A stretch of DNA of 53,994 nt from Chiloscyllium plagiosum. Its lineage: Eukaryota. Shown piece after piece: positions 37,613 through 48,431 of this stretch; the stretch's first letter is position 1; the number at the start of each line of letters is the position of its first letter. Where the stretch lies: NCBI RefSeq assembly GCF_004010195.1, contig NC_057718.1, forward strand, positions 73,144,713-73,198,706, read 5' to 3'. Below the pieces are notes generated by a model. That model had not been told where the DNA came from. It did not search any database and saw only the letters and a list, made by a program, of their open reading frames with translations. Both the position numbers and the translations under genes were made by a program.

Positions 37613-38199
37613 CTCAGGCTTGTTCCTGAAGACTCAGGTTCATAAAGATTGATTAATAAACAGCAAACATAGAGTAAAAGACAAATGCTTGAGGTCAGCT
37701 TTATACAGCTTGTGTCATAAAAAGGATTGGACTGTGCACAATTTATTCAGTTTACTGGTGGTAGGATAATAAGACATAAGGAAAGTGTGAAGAGGTTACA
37801 CAGGGATATCATGGACAGGATAATCGAGTAGACAAGGAAAGTTTCAGCAAGAGAGAATCTAACCATCTCATCTTGGCATTCAATGACATGACCATTGCTG
37901 AAACCCTACTGTCAATATTGTGGGAGTTACCATTAATTAAAAACTTAATTGAGTCAGCTGCATAAAATTGCAACTGCTAAGAGTCAAACATTAGGAATTT
38001 TGCAGCAAATAACTCACCTACCAATTCCTTAAATCCTATTTACCATTACAATTCATAGGTTTGGAGTGTGATGGGATGGATCATTGTGCATTTCTCACAG
38101 TTATACATGGTGTGAACAACTCCAATTAGCCATTGGAGCTCTCTGGAAACAGCCAGCTTCATTTGTTGCTCAGAACAATTTTCACTTCCTTAACACCAA

Positions 38200-38316
38200 A
38201 ATAAAGCAAAAAGCTGAGGATGCTAGAGATCTGAAACAAAAAAACCCAGAAATTCCTAGAGAAACTCAGCAGGTCTGGCACACCTGTGGAAAGTGAAACA
38301 AAGTTAACATTTTCAG
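38200..38316 (-). mobile_element. Old Penelope-like terminal fragment
   Basis: gctgaggatgctagagatctgaaac...gaaactcagcaggtctggca parallels actgcagatgctggagatcagag...cagcaggtcaggcagc. Confidence 0.55.
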
Positions 38317-38440
38317 AACATGGGTGGTCACCATCCTCTCCATGAAGGATGCTATGTGCTTATGTGCCAAATGACTGACAAAAATAAAGGTGTGAATGGT
38401 CTCCTTCACTGAATGCTCACGGTTCTGCATTGTCTCTGGC

Positions 38441-39180
38441 ACATCATAGAACATAGAATGGTACAGCATGTGAACAAGCCCTTTGTGCTAACTATGGTGC
38501 CATTCAAAACTAATCCCATTTGCCCACACATGGTCCGTATCCCTCTATTCCCTGCCTGCTCATGTGTCTGTCTAAATACCTCTTAAACATTGCTATGGTA
38601 TCTGCTTCTAACACCTGAACTGGCAGCACGTTCCAAGCACCTACTACTCTCAATTTTTTGGGAAAATCTTAGTATCCCTACAGTGTGGAAACAGACCCCT
38701 TGGCCCAAAAGGTCCACTACGACTCTCCAAAGAGTATCCCACCCAAACTCATTCTCCATTACGAATGCTACGAATTATGATCTGTTTGAGGTTTGGCGGT
38801 TAGTTAAAGGCATGTAGTGGAGGTATGGGGAAGGTCTTGGTGAGGTGCTCATCCTCATTGATAATATGTTGCAGGTCACGAAGAACAGGGCATAATTTTT
38901 CAGCTCCTGGGAAATACTGAACAACGAAGGGTACCCTGTTAGTTGCAGCACGTGTCTGTCTCCTGATGAGGTCATTACTGTTTCCCTAGCTAACCTCTTG
39001 CTCCGAATATATGTATATAATGTCATGGGTTCTTACTTGCTAAGGACTTTCCATGGGCCCTTCTAGCCCTCCTAATTTCTTGTTTAAATTCTTTTCTGCT
39101 TTCTTTATACTCCTCAAGGGCCTTGTTTTATTTCAGTTTTCTAAACCTAACATATGTTTCCTTTTTTTGACTAACCTTTC
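38441..39180 (-). mobile_element. Patchwork: CR1 tail (38441-38665), HE1 tail (38668-38775), Penelope family B ORF piece (38778-38975), CR1 ORF2 piece (38975-39180)
   Basis: Each segment matches longer copies in the window; 38778-38975 is antisense to ~8740-9030. Confidence 0.8.
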
Positions 39181-39185
39181 AGTAT

Positions 39186-39880
39186 TGTGACACAGTGGTG
39201 AACCCTTCTCTTAATTAAACCAAACACTCAGAAAAAGTTCACCTCGCCTTGTGGTATGTTAAAATATGAGTGACAGAGAACTCCCAAATTCCACAATTTA
39301 AAGAAAAAAATATCAATTTATTCTTTAAGTCTAAAAGTTAACATTAAACAACTATTGACAACTCTAAGCCTCCTTTTCTCTTAACTGTTTATTATATACC
39401 TCCAACTCTATAAGAATATATTGTTCGAATCAAAGCAGTTATTAAAATTGCATCAACTTAATTTCAAAACCATATGGCGGCTGTCGTCTACAGTGTCTGT
39501 CTTCTACTGACTGAAGATCTCCCCGGGACATTTTCTATCTTTTTACTGTGATGATGTTTCATATGAAAAGGTACCTTTGATAGAGAGTGGTTCAATCTTT
39601 TGGGCCTCTCTCTCTCTTGATAGCAGTTATTCTGACTTTCAAAATATCTGCTTTTTTTATACCTCCAACAGCAGATCATTTCATTGATTCGATGTTAGCA
39701 AAGCAATAAGTTCAAACTTAATTGGCTTTTAGTATCCTGGGGCATAATTTAAAATTCAAATTGTTGTCAAAACAGCAACCAACTTAGGTATCCATTTCAC
39801 AGCCAAATGTTACATATTTTCAACTAACCAGTACACTCAGACTGCTCACTCGTCATCACAGGTGTTTGTCAGCTCTCAGT
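39186..39880 (-). mobile_element. Diverged LTR of the Gmr1-like group, reverse orientation
   Basis: tgtgacacagtggtgaaccc...aattaaacca..cagaaaa is antisense to the LTR 3' end; shares aaaggtaccttt and ggggcataatttaaa. The other terminus is unclear. Confidence 0.7.
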
Positions 39881-40063
39881 TCATAGAACGTAGAACATAG
39901 AACATTACAGCCCAGTACAAGCCCTGCGGTCCTCGATATTGCTCTGACCTGTGGAACCAATCTGAAGCCTATCTTCCTACACTATTCCATTTTCATCCAT
40001 ATATTTATCCAATGACCATTTACGTGCCCTTAAAGTTGGCAAGTCTACTAATGCTGCAGGCAG

Positions 40064-40293
40064 CTGGAAATGTGTTGCTGGAAAAGCGCAGCAGGTCAGG
40101 CAGCATCCAGGGAACAGGAGAATCGACGTTTCGGGCATAAGCCCTTCTTCAGGAAAACCATCTGGGTTGTGCGTTTTTGGAACTGGTCCTCCTGGGAGCA
40201 GATGCGACGGAGTCGAAGGAATTGGGAGAATTTGTGTGTTTTTGGAACTGGTCCTCCTGGGAGCAGATGCGGCGGAGTCGAAGGAATTGGGAG
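40064..40293 (-). mobile_element. 230-bp Penelope mini-insertion: terminal repeat plus 2 x 65-bp ORF-derived unit
   Basis: Flanked by aatgctgcaggcag / aatgttgcaggcag (40050-40063, 40294-40307). Confidence 0.88.
40121..40154 (-). ncRNA. Minimal type I hammerhead ribozyme, intact core
   Basis: tc CTGAAGA a GGGC ttat GCCC GAAA cGTC gatt: both boxes, 4-bp helix II, palindromic ACGT helix III, GUC triplet. Confidence 0.78.
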
Positions 40294-41225
40294 AATGTTG
40301 CAGGCAGTGCACCCTACGCCCCACTACTCTCTGAGTAAAGAAGCTACCTCTGACATTTGTCCTATATCTATCACCCCTCAATTTAAAGCTATGTCCCCTC
40401 ATCCTAGCCATCACCTTCCGAGGAGAAAGGCTCTCCCTGTCAATCCTATCTAACCTTCTGATTATCTTATATGTCGCAACTAAGTCACCTCTCAGCCTTT
40501 TCGCGAATGAAAACAGACTCATGTCCCTCAACCTTTCCTCATAAGACATACCAGGCAACATCCTAGTAAATCTTCTCTGCACCTTTTCCAAAGCTTCCAC
40601 ATCCTTCCTATAATGTGGTGACCAGAACTGTATGAAATACTCAAGTGAGGCTGCACCAGTGTTTTGTACAGCTGCAACATGATCTCATGACTCCAAAACT
40701 CAATCCCTCGACCAATAAAGGCTAACACACCATATGCCTTCTTAACAACCCTATCAACCTGGTGCCAACTTTCAAGGATCTTTGTACATGGACACCAAGA
40801 TCTCTCTGCTCATCTACATTATCAAGAATCTTTTCATTAGTCCAGTACTCTCTTCCTGTTGCTCCTTCCAAAGTGAATCACCTCACACTTTGCTGCATTA
40901 AATTCCATATGTCACCTCTCAGCCCAGCTCTGCAGCTTATCTATGCTTATCTAACCTGCAACATCCTTCCACATTATACACAACTCCACCTTACTAACCC
41001 ATCTTTCTGCACCCTCATCTGAGTCATTTATAAAAATGACAAGCAGCAATTGCTCCAAAACAGTACACCACTAGTGACTGAACTCCAGGATGAACATTTT
41101 CCAGCAACCACCACCCTCTATCTTCTTTCAGCTAGTGAATTTCTGATCCAAACCACTAAATTACCCTCAATCCCATGCCTCCATATTTTGAGCAATAATC
41201 AACCATGGGGATCCTTATCAAATGC

Positions 41226-41426
41226 ACAGCAAGTCAGGCAGCATCCAAGGAGCAGGAGAATCGACGTTTCGGGCACGAGCCCTTCTTCAGGCATTCCTGA
41301 AGAAGGGCTCATGCCTGCCCAAAACATCGATTCTCCAGCTCCTTGGATGCTGCCTGACCTGCTGCGCATTTCTAGCAACACATTTTCAGCTCTGATCTCC
41401 AGCATCTGCAGTCCTCACTTTCTCCC
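41226..41426. mobile_element. 201-bp palindromic (head-to-head) Penelope terminal insertion
   Basis: Exact 15-bp repeat atccttatcaaatgc (41211-41225, 41427-41441); dyad centre at 41293/41294. Confidence 0.92.
41259..41294 (-). ncRNA. Minimal hammerhead motif, intact core
   Basis: atgc CTGAAGA a GGGC tcgt GCCC GAAA cGTC gatt. Confidence 0.72.
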
Positions 41427-42679
41427 ATCCTTATCAAATGCCTTACTGAAATCCATATACACCACATCAACTGCTTTACCCTCATTCATCTGCTTGGTCA
41501 CTATCTCAAAGAACTCAATAAGGTTTGTGAGGCATGACCTACCCTTAACAAAACCATGTTGACTATCCCAATCGATGTATTCCTCTCTAGATAATGATAA
41601 ATCCTACCTCTTATAACCTTTTCTAACATTTGACCCATAGTGGAAATAAGGCTCACTGATCTATAATTACCAGCATTGTCCCTACTCCCCTTCTTGAACA
41701 ATGGGACAGCATTTACTATCCTCCAGTTTTCTGGAACTATTCCTGTAGACAATGATGGTATAAAGATCAAAACCAAAGGTTCTGCAATCTCCTTCCTAGC
41801 TTCTCAGAGAATCCTAGGATAAATCCCATTCGGCCCAGGCGACATATCTATTTTCACATTTTCCAGAATTGCTAACACCACATCTTTGTGAACCTCAACC
41901 CTATCTAGTCTAATGACCTATATCTCAGTATTCTCCTCGATAACATTATCTTTTTCCAGTGTGAATACTGTTATGGAGATATGGGTGTACTATAACTTTA
42001 AGAGAGTTAAAAGCTAGCAGTGACAACACCAAGTGTTCTTAATAAGATACAATGTAATATGTGGTCCAGCTAATGGGGTAGCTCGGGTAGCTGGTTTCCT
42101 GGACACAAAAACAAATACAAATGAGGCCAGTCAGTTTAAATTATACCCCAAAAAGAAAACCAAACTCCAATCAACTTTGAATTTAGTATATTGACAATCT
42201 TAAAAGCCAATGACACAATCTGATGCTTGAGGGGTATAAGATTGGGGAAGATTGAGCAGTTGGGATCAGAACTGCCAAGCCAGCATGTAGAGACTTCTCA
42301 AAAAATAGCTCTCTTAAAGGTACCTTTATTGATTAGTAACCTGTGAAGCAGAATCCCCAAGAAGATGAAAGAAGACAGGAATACAGAGAAGAACCAAAAG
42401 CTGTCTGGTTTTGAGATAAGTAGTTTGTTTTGTAAATCTTAATTGAGAGTTTTGTTGGGCTAGTATTATAGAAAGGACAGTAAAAGATAGATTAGAGGAA
42501 GGAGTTGTAAACAGTCGTTCGTTAATTATTCTCTGTTATACTTTAAGAAATAAAGTTGTTAAGTTTTCCTTTAAATAGTTCTTGCCTGTCAAATTTTCAC
42601 AGATTACTGCATGGGATAAATCTTTTCTGTATCGTTGGTTTTAAATTAGCAGAGGGGGTTAACCCATGTTGTAATAATT

Positions 42680-42699
42680 TGGGGGCTCATCATCAGGAT
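42680..42699 (+). promoter_or_regulatory. Primer-binding site, tRNA-Pro type
   Basis: tgggggctcatcatcaggat, 3 nt after the 5' LTR, versus the canonical tRNA-Pro PBS TGGGGGCTCGTCCGGGAT. Confidence 0.8.
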
Positions 42700-42859
42700 T
42701 TGAGCTGGTTTAGACATATTTGAATAGAATTGGGGGTAAAAACAATCCCAGCAGATTTAAAGACTTGTAGGTTAATGTCCTAGATCTTTAAACAAAACAT
42801 AGGTGAGACAATTTTTTAATTTTGGTGTCTTGTGGTTGATGAAATTAAAAGTGAGAGAA

Positions 42860-44440
42860 ATGGCTCTTAAAATTGTTAAAGACATTCTGGGATTTGAAAA
42901 TGATTCTCAAACTTGCCAAGAAAGTTTAGAAAGAAAAAAAAAGGCCATGCATTTAGAATTAGCAAATAAGTTGATTTGGGTTGAAACAAGGACAAAAGTA
43001 ACGATGAAATTGTCAGGGAATTACTCAAACACTTAGGTATGTCAGAGAAACAGACAAGTGTAGTAGAGGTTGAAAAATTTAAATTACAGTAGAGGATAAT
43101 GGAGATAGAAGATAACAAAGCGAGAGAGGAAAGAGAGAGAGAGAAAGGGAAAGAGAGAGAAGAAAGAGAGAAAGAGAGAGAGAGAGGAAAAAGAAAGGGA
43201 AACTTCTTCACTGAGCAATAAGTGAGAGAATTTGAACTTGAGAAGTTGTGTCAGCAAAGTCAAGTGAACAGGATAGAGATTAAAAGAAAAGGTAGTGATA
43301 CATATAAATATGTCAAAACTCTGCCACATTTTGATGAGAAGGATGTTGAAGCCTTTTTTATTTCATTTGAAAAATTGGCTCGGCAGATGGAGTGGTCTGA
43401 GGATTTATGGATAGTGCTAGTTCAGACTAAACTGGTAGGCAAAGCTAGTGAGGTATTTGCACTGGCAGATGAGGTATCAGAGATTATGAAAATGTTCAAC
43501 AGGCTATTTTAAGTGCTTATGAATTGGTACCAGAAGCATATAGACAGCAGTTCAGAAACACAAAGAAGGAACCAGGTCAGACTTATGTTGAGTTCAAAAG
43601 AATTAAACATAGCCATTTTGATCGATGGGTACGAGCTTTGAAAATAGATAAGACCTTTAAGGCTCTAAGAGACATTCTGCTGGAGGAGTTTAAAAACTCA
43701 CTTCCAGAGATGATAAGAATTCACGTGGAGGAACAAAAAGTTCAGGAAGTGAGAAGGGCAGCAGAATTTGCGGATGAGTACATGTTGGTGCATAAGACAA
43801 GCTTCTGGTCAGAATTTCATCCTGTGAGGGATAGAAGTTGGGAGGATGAAACCAAGAGTAGAGAGCACTGGTAAGAATGTAGTGCAGGATAAAAAAAGAA
43901 GCCCAAGATGGTGGAAAGGAGATAAAAGGCCTCAGGTGTTTCCACTGTGGTAAAGTGGGACACATGAAGTCACAGTGCTAGTTGTTAAAGAAAGGCATTG
44001 TGGGAAAATATGTGGTAAAAGAAGCTAAGCCAGTGGCATTAGTGAAGGTAGTGAAGGTTGTAAAGGACACCCCAAGAAGAGCCAAGGAGTTGCAGGAGAA
44101 TGCATAGCCTAGGCAGGGGCTGAGCTCTACAAAGAATTTGTTTTTGTGGGTAAAGTTTACTCAAAGAATAGGGTGAGAAGGACACAAAGTTATAATTTTG
44201 CGAGATACAGGATCTAACCAGTCACTGATAGTAAGAGATGAGCAAACATGCACTCTTTCTGATCTGTTACCAGAGAGAGTGGTTATTTGTGGGATAGATG
44301 GACAGAAAGTTAGCATTCCCCTGTGTAAGATGAGGTTGGAATGCCAAGTCAAGACTGGGGAAGTTACAGTGGGATTGATTGACAGAGTGTCAGTTTCAGG
44401 AATTCAGTTTGTTCTTGAAAATGATTTGGCAAGGTCCTTG
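42860..44440 (+). pseudogene. gag (SCAN-like capsid, CCHC knuckle) and aspartic protease
   Basis: LPHFDEKDVEAFFISFEK, VPEAYRQQFR, LLEEFKNSLP, CFHCGKVGHMKSQC, LRDTGSNQSL. Confidence 0.88.
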
Positions 44441-44759
44441 TTGTGGAGAAGCCCAAGGAAGACCAAGAAACTGAGGAGTTAAAACAGAAATATCCTGATA
44501 TTTTCCCAGACTGTGTGGTAATCAGATCCCACTATGGTAAGCCACAGCACGAAGAAAAAAAGTAAAGAGAAAGATGAAGGAATTGAGGTTCAGTTAGCAG
44601 ATACCCTGTTTGACATAATGGTGCAGGAAAAGTCTGAACAGGCAGAGGGTCATACAGAAGTGTTTAGCCCTGAAAGGCTAAGAGACTTGCCACAGCAACA
44701 TAAGACAATAAAAGATATATACGTGGGTTTATACTCTGAAAAGGAGCAGAGAATATTCC

Positions 44760-46440
44760 GAAGGGTTATTATCTGAAAGATAGGATCCACAGATGGAAAT
44801 GGAGACCATGGCAGATTAATGCAGACGAGAAATGGGCCGAAGTGCACCAGATTGTGTTGCCAGTAGGATACAGACAAGATGTGTTACAGGTAGCACATAA
44901 ACTACTGTAGGAGATCACCAAGGGGTACGAAAGACTCAGGTTAAGGTACAAAATATTCGGTCTTGAAATGAGAGGACCTTTGAAATTAATTAAAGAAAAA
45001 TTGACAAGACCATTGTTAGAGATATCACACTTAGATTATGTATCGGAGGTGAGGGAGAGACTGAATTGAGTAGGTGAGTTAGCTAAACAACACCTAAAGA
45101 GGGCACAGTGTAGAACGAAGCAGGTGGCAAATAAAAGCTCTGAGATTCGGACATTTACCTGAGGGGATGATGTGTCAGTACTGTTACCAGTGATAGGAGA
45201 TCTCTTCAAAGCCAGGTTTAGTGGTCCTTATCAAATTGAGAAAAAGTTGAGTCAGGTGAACTATTTAGTAAAGATGTCAGATAGAAAGAAAAGGTAATGG
45301 GTATGTCATAGAGTCATAGAGATGTACAGCATGGAAACAGACCCTTCAGTCCAACCTGTCCACATCAACCAGATTTCCTAACCCAATCTAGTCCCACCTG
45401 CCAGCACCCGGCCCATATCACTCCAAACCCTTCCTATTCATATACCCATCCAACTGCCTCTTAACTGTTGCAATTGTAACAGCCACCACCACTTCCTCTG
45501 GCAGCTCATTCCATACATGTACCACCCTCTGTGTGAAAAAGTTGACCCTTTGGTCTCTTTTATATCCTTCCCCTCTCACCCTAAACCTATGCCCTCTAGT
45601 TCTGGACTCCCCGACCCCAGGGAAAAGACTTTGTCTATTTACCCTATCCATGCCCCTCATAATTTTGTAAACCTCTATAAGGTCACCCCTCAGCCTCCGA
45701 TGCTCCAAGGAAAACAGCCCCAGCCTGTTCAGCCAGAAGGAGACCAGAATTGCATGCAATATTCCAACAGTGGCCTAACCAATATCCTGTACAGCCACAA
45801 CATGACCTCCCAACTCCTGTAATCAATTCTCTGACCAATACAGGAAAGCATACCAAATGCCTTCTTCACTATCCTATCGACCTGCGACTCCACTTTCAAG
45901 GAGCTATGAACCTGCACTCCAAGGTCTCTTTGTTCAGGAACACTCCCTAGGACCTTACTATTAAGTGTATAAGTCCTGCTAAGATTTGCTTTCCCAAAAT
46001 GCAGCACCTCGCATTTATCTGAATTAGACTCCATCTGCCACTTCTCAGCCCATTGGCCCATCTGGTCCAGATCCTCTTGTAATCTGAGGTAACCCTCTTC
46101 GCTGTCCACTACACCTCCAATTTTGGTGTCATCTGCAAACTTACTAACTGTACCTCTTATGCTTACATCCAAATCATTTATGTAACTGACAAAAAGTAGA
46201 GGACCTAGCACCAATCCTTATGACACTCCACTGCTCACAGGCCTCCAGTCTGAAAAACAACCCTCCACCACCACCCTCTGTCTTCAACCTTTGAACCAGT
46301 TCTGTATCCAAATGGCTAGTTCTCCCTGTATTCCATGAGATCTAACCTTGCTAATCAGTCTCCCATGGGGAACCCTGTCGAATGCCTTACTGAAGTCCAT
46401 ATAGATCACAGCTTATGTGAACATGTTGAAACCGTATTAT
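44760..46440 (+). pseudogene. Integrase remnant (HHCC start and GPY/F C-terminus; catalytic core deleted; CR1 inserted)
   Basis: QIVLPVGYRQDVLQVAH..DHQGVRKT joins FGLEMRGPL at ~44953; then KARFSGPYQIEKK..VCH|VNMLKPYY. Confidence 0.8.
45309..46410 (-). mobile_element. 5'-truncated CR1 inside the integrase
   Basis: ORFs 45418-45759 and 45729-46214 (VLGPLLF, KFADDTK, LVRPLLEYC). Confidence 0.93.
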
Positions 46441-46599
46441 ACGAGAGAGAAAGGTGTTAGTTACGGCCCCGCAGAGTGAGGAATCAAATCCTGATGATGT
46501 GGATTTTGATGTGCCAAAATAGATTAAAAAATAAAGAAGTCCTTGGGGAGTGGGATAGGTTGATAAGCTATCTGTCTCAGGAGTATAGAACGCAGTTGA

Positions 46600-47930
46600 A
46601 AGATTTGTTACTGTAGTATCAGGACATATGTAAGAATCAGTTGGGAAGGACTAATGCTATTGTACATGAAGTATGCATAGGGAATACTGCTCTGATAAAA
46701 CAACATCCCTATCAGCTTAGAGCTTTCAAAGCCAGACAGGTCCAGATGGAGGTAGAGGCCATGCTCGACGAGGGCATCATCGAACCAAGCCAGAGCAAGT
46801 AGAGTTCGCCGATCGTCTTAGTTCCTACACTGGATGGGACTCAACGATTCTGCATGGTTTATCAGAAGGTTAACACCGTTACAAAATTGGACTCATACTC
46901 AATTCATAGATTGGAGGACTGTATCAAGAAAGTCAGGAAAGCCAGTTACATCACCAAGTTGGACTTAATGCGTGGTTACTGGCAAGTACCTTTATCAGAG
47001 ATGGCAAAAGGAATTTCTGCATTTGTAACCACAGTTGGGCTATATCAGTTTAAAGTGACGCCCTTTGGAATGAAGAATGCGCCCACCACATTCCAAAGAC
47101 TCATGAACAGAGTTGGGACTGGGTTAACAAACTGTGCAGTCTATTTGGATAATGTAGTGATCTTTAGTAAGTCCTGGAAAGATCACATGGTACAGTTGGC
47201 AGAGCTCTTTGAGCAACTATGAGAAGCAAAACTGGTGATAAACTTAAATAAAACTGTATTTGCAAAAGCAGTGGTGACGTTCTTGGGACATAATATCGGT
47301 CATGGCAAGTTGACCCCACGGAATGCAAAGACGAAAGCCATCGAGGTATTTCCATGACCAACCTTGTAGAAAGAGGTGCTTCAATTCTTAGGACTCAGTC
47401 AATTCTATCAGAATTGTTCCAAACTTCAGCTGTAGTGACACCATTAACTGATTTGCTGAAGAAGAACACAAAGTTTCGGTGGACAGAACCATGCAGGAGG
47501 CATTCAACCATTTGAAATCAATATTAACTACCGAACCAGTTTTAGCTACACCAAACTTTTCAAAATCTTTTAAAATCACCACCGATGCTAGTGACATAGG
47601 AGTTGGAGCTGTACTCCTACAGGAAGATGAGGATGGGATTGAAGTGCCAGTTGGTTACTTTTCGAAGAAAATCAACATCCATCAATGGAAATACTCCACA
47701 ACCGAAAAGGAACTATTGAGTTTGGTACAGGCCTTACAACATTTTAATGTGTATGTCACAAACAATGTATCGGAGACGGCTGTGTACAGATCCACTTACA
47801 TTTTTAGAATGCTTTAACGATAACAATATGAGACTATTTTGTTGGAGTCTTATGTTACAGATTTCTAATTTAAAAAGCATACATGTTGCAAGTCATAAGA
47901 ATGTAATTGCTGATGCGTTATAGCGGATTT
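46600..47930 (+). pseudogene. Reverse transcriptase and RNase H
   Basis: LDLMRGYWQVPL, TPFGMKNAPTTFQRLM, AVYLDNV; TDASDIGVGAVLLQ, YSTTEKELL, NVIADAL. Confidence 0.92.
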
Positions 47931-47967
47931 AACTGATAGAGTTTAGATGACATTTGTATTTATTTAA

Positions 47968-48292
47968 TGTGGCATGGTAGCTCAGTGGTTAGCACTGCTG
48001 CTTCACAGTACCAGGGACACAGGTTTGATTCCAGTCTCAGGTGACTGTCTGTGTGGAGTTTGTACATTCTCCTCGTGTCTGCATGGGTTTGCTCTGGGTG
48101 TTCCGGTTTCCTCCCACAGTCCAAAGATGTGCAGGTCAGGCGAATTGGTCATGCTAAATTGCCCATAATGTTAGGTGCATTAGTCAAGGGTAAATATAGG
48201 GTAGGCCAAAAGGTTTGGGTGGGTTACTCTTTGGAGGGTCAGTGTGGTCTTGTTGGGCTGAATGGTCTGTTTCCATACTGTAGGGAATCTAA
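47968..48292 (+). mobile_element. HE1-type SINE in the 3' UTR of the LTR element
   Basis: gctcagtggttagcactgctg, ggtttgattcc, V-domain, tail gggaatctaat. Confidence 0.9.
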
Positions 48293-48420
48293 TGCTATAC
48301 ATATAAAACAGGTATATGGGAAGAAGTTAAGGTGAATGTATCTTAGAGTTATCTGTATATTAGAGTAATGTGTTTTTAAAAAACGAAGCCATCTTTTCAT
48401 TATGATGATTCATTTCTTTT

Positions 48421-48431
48421 AAGGGGGGAGG
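48421..48431 (+). promoter_or_regulatory. Polypurine tract
   Basis: aaggggggagg directly before the 3' LTR. Confidence 0.85.

Noticed and set aside
40167..40296. CRISPR-like or satellite array
   Set aside because: Only two adjacent units with no spacer, derived from the Penelope ORF; eukaryotic context.
42876..43329. Hydrophobic Ser/Leu/Phe ORFs resembling membrane proteins
   Set aside because: Antisense of the GA-rich coiled-coil region of gag.
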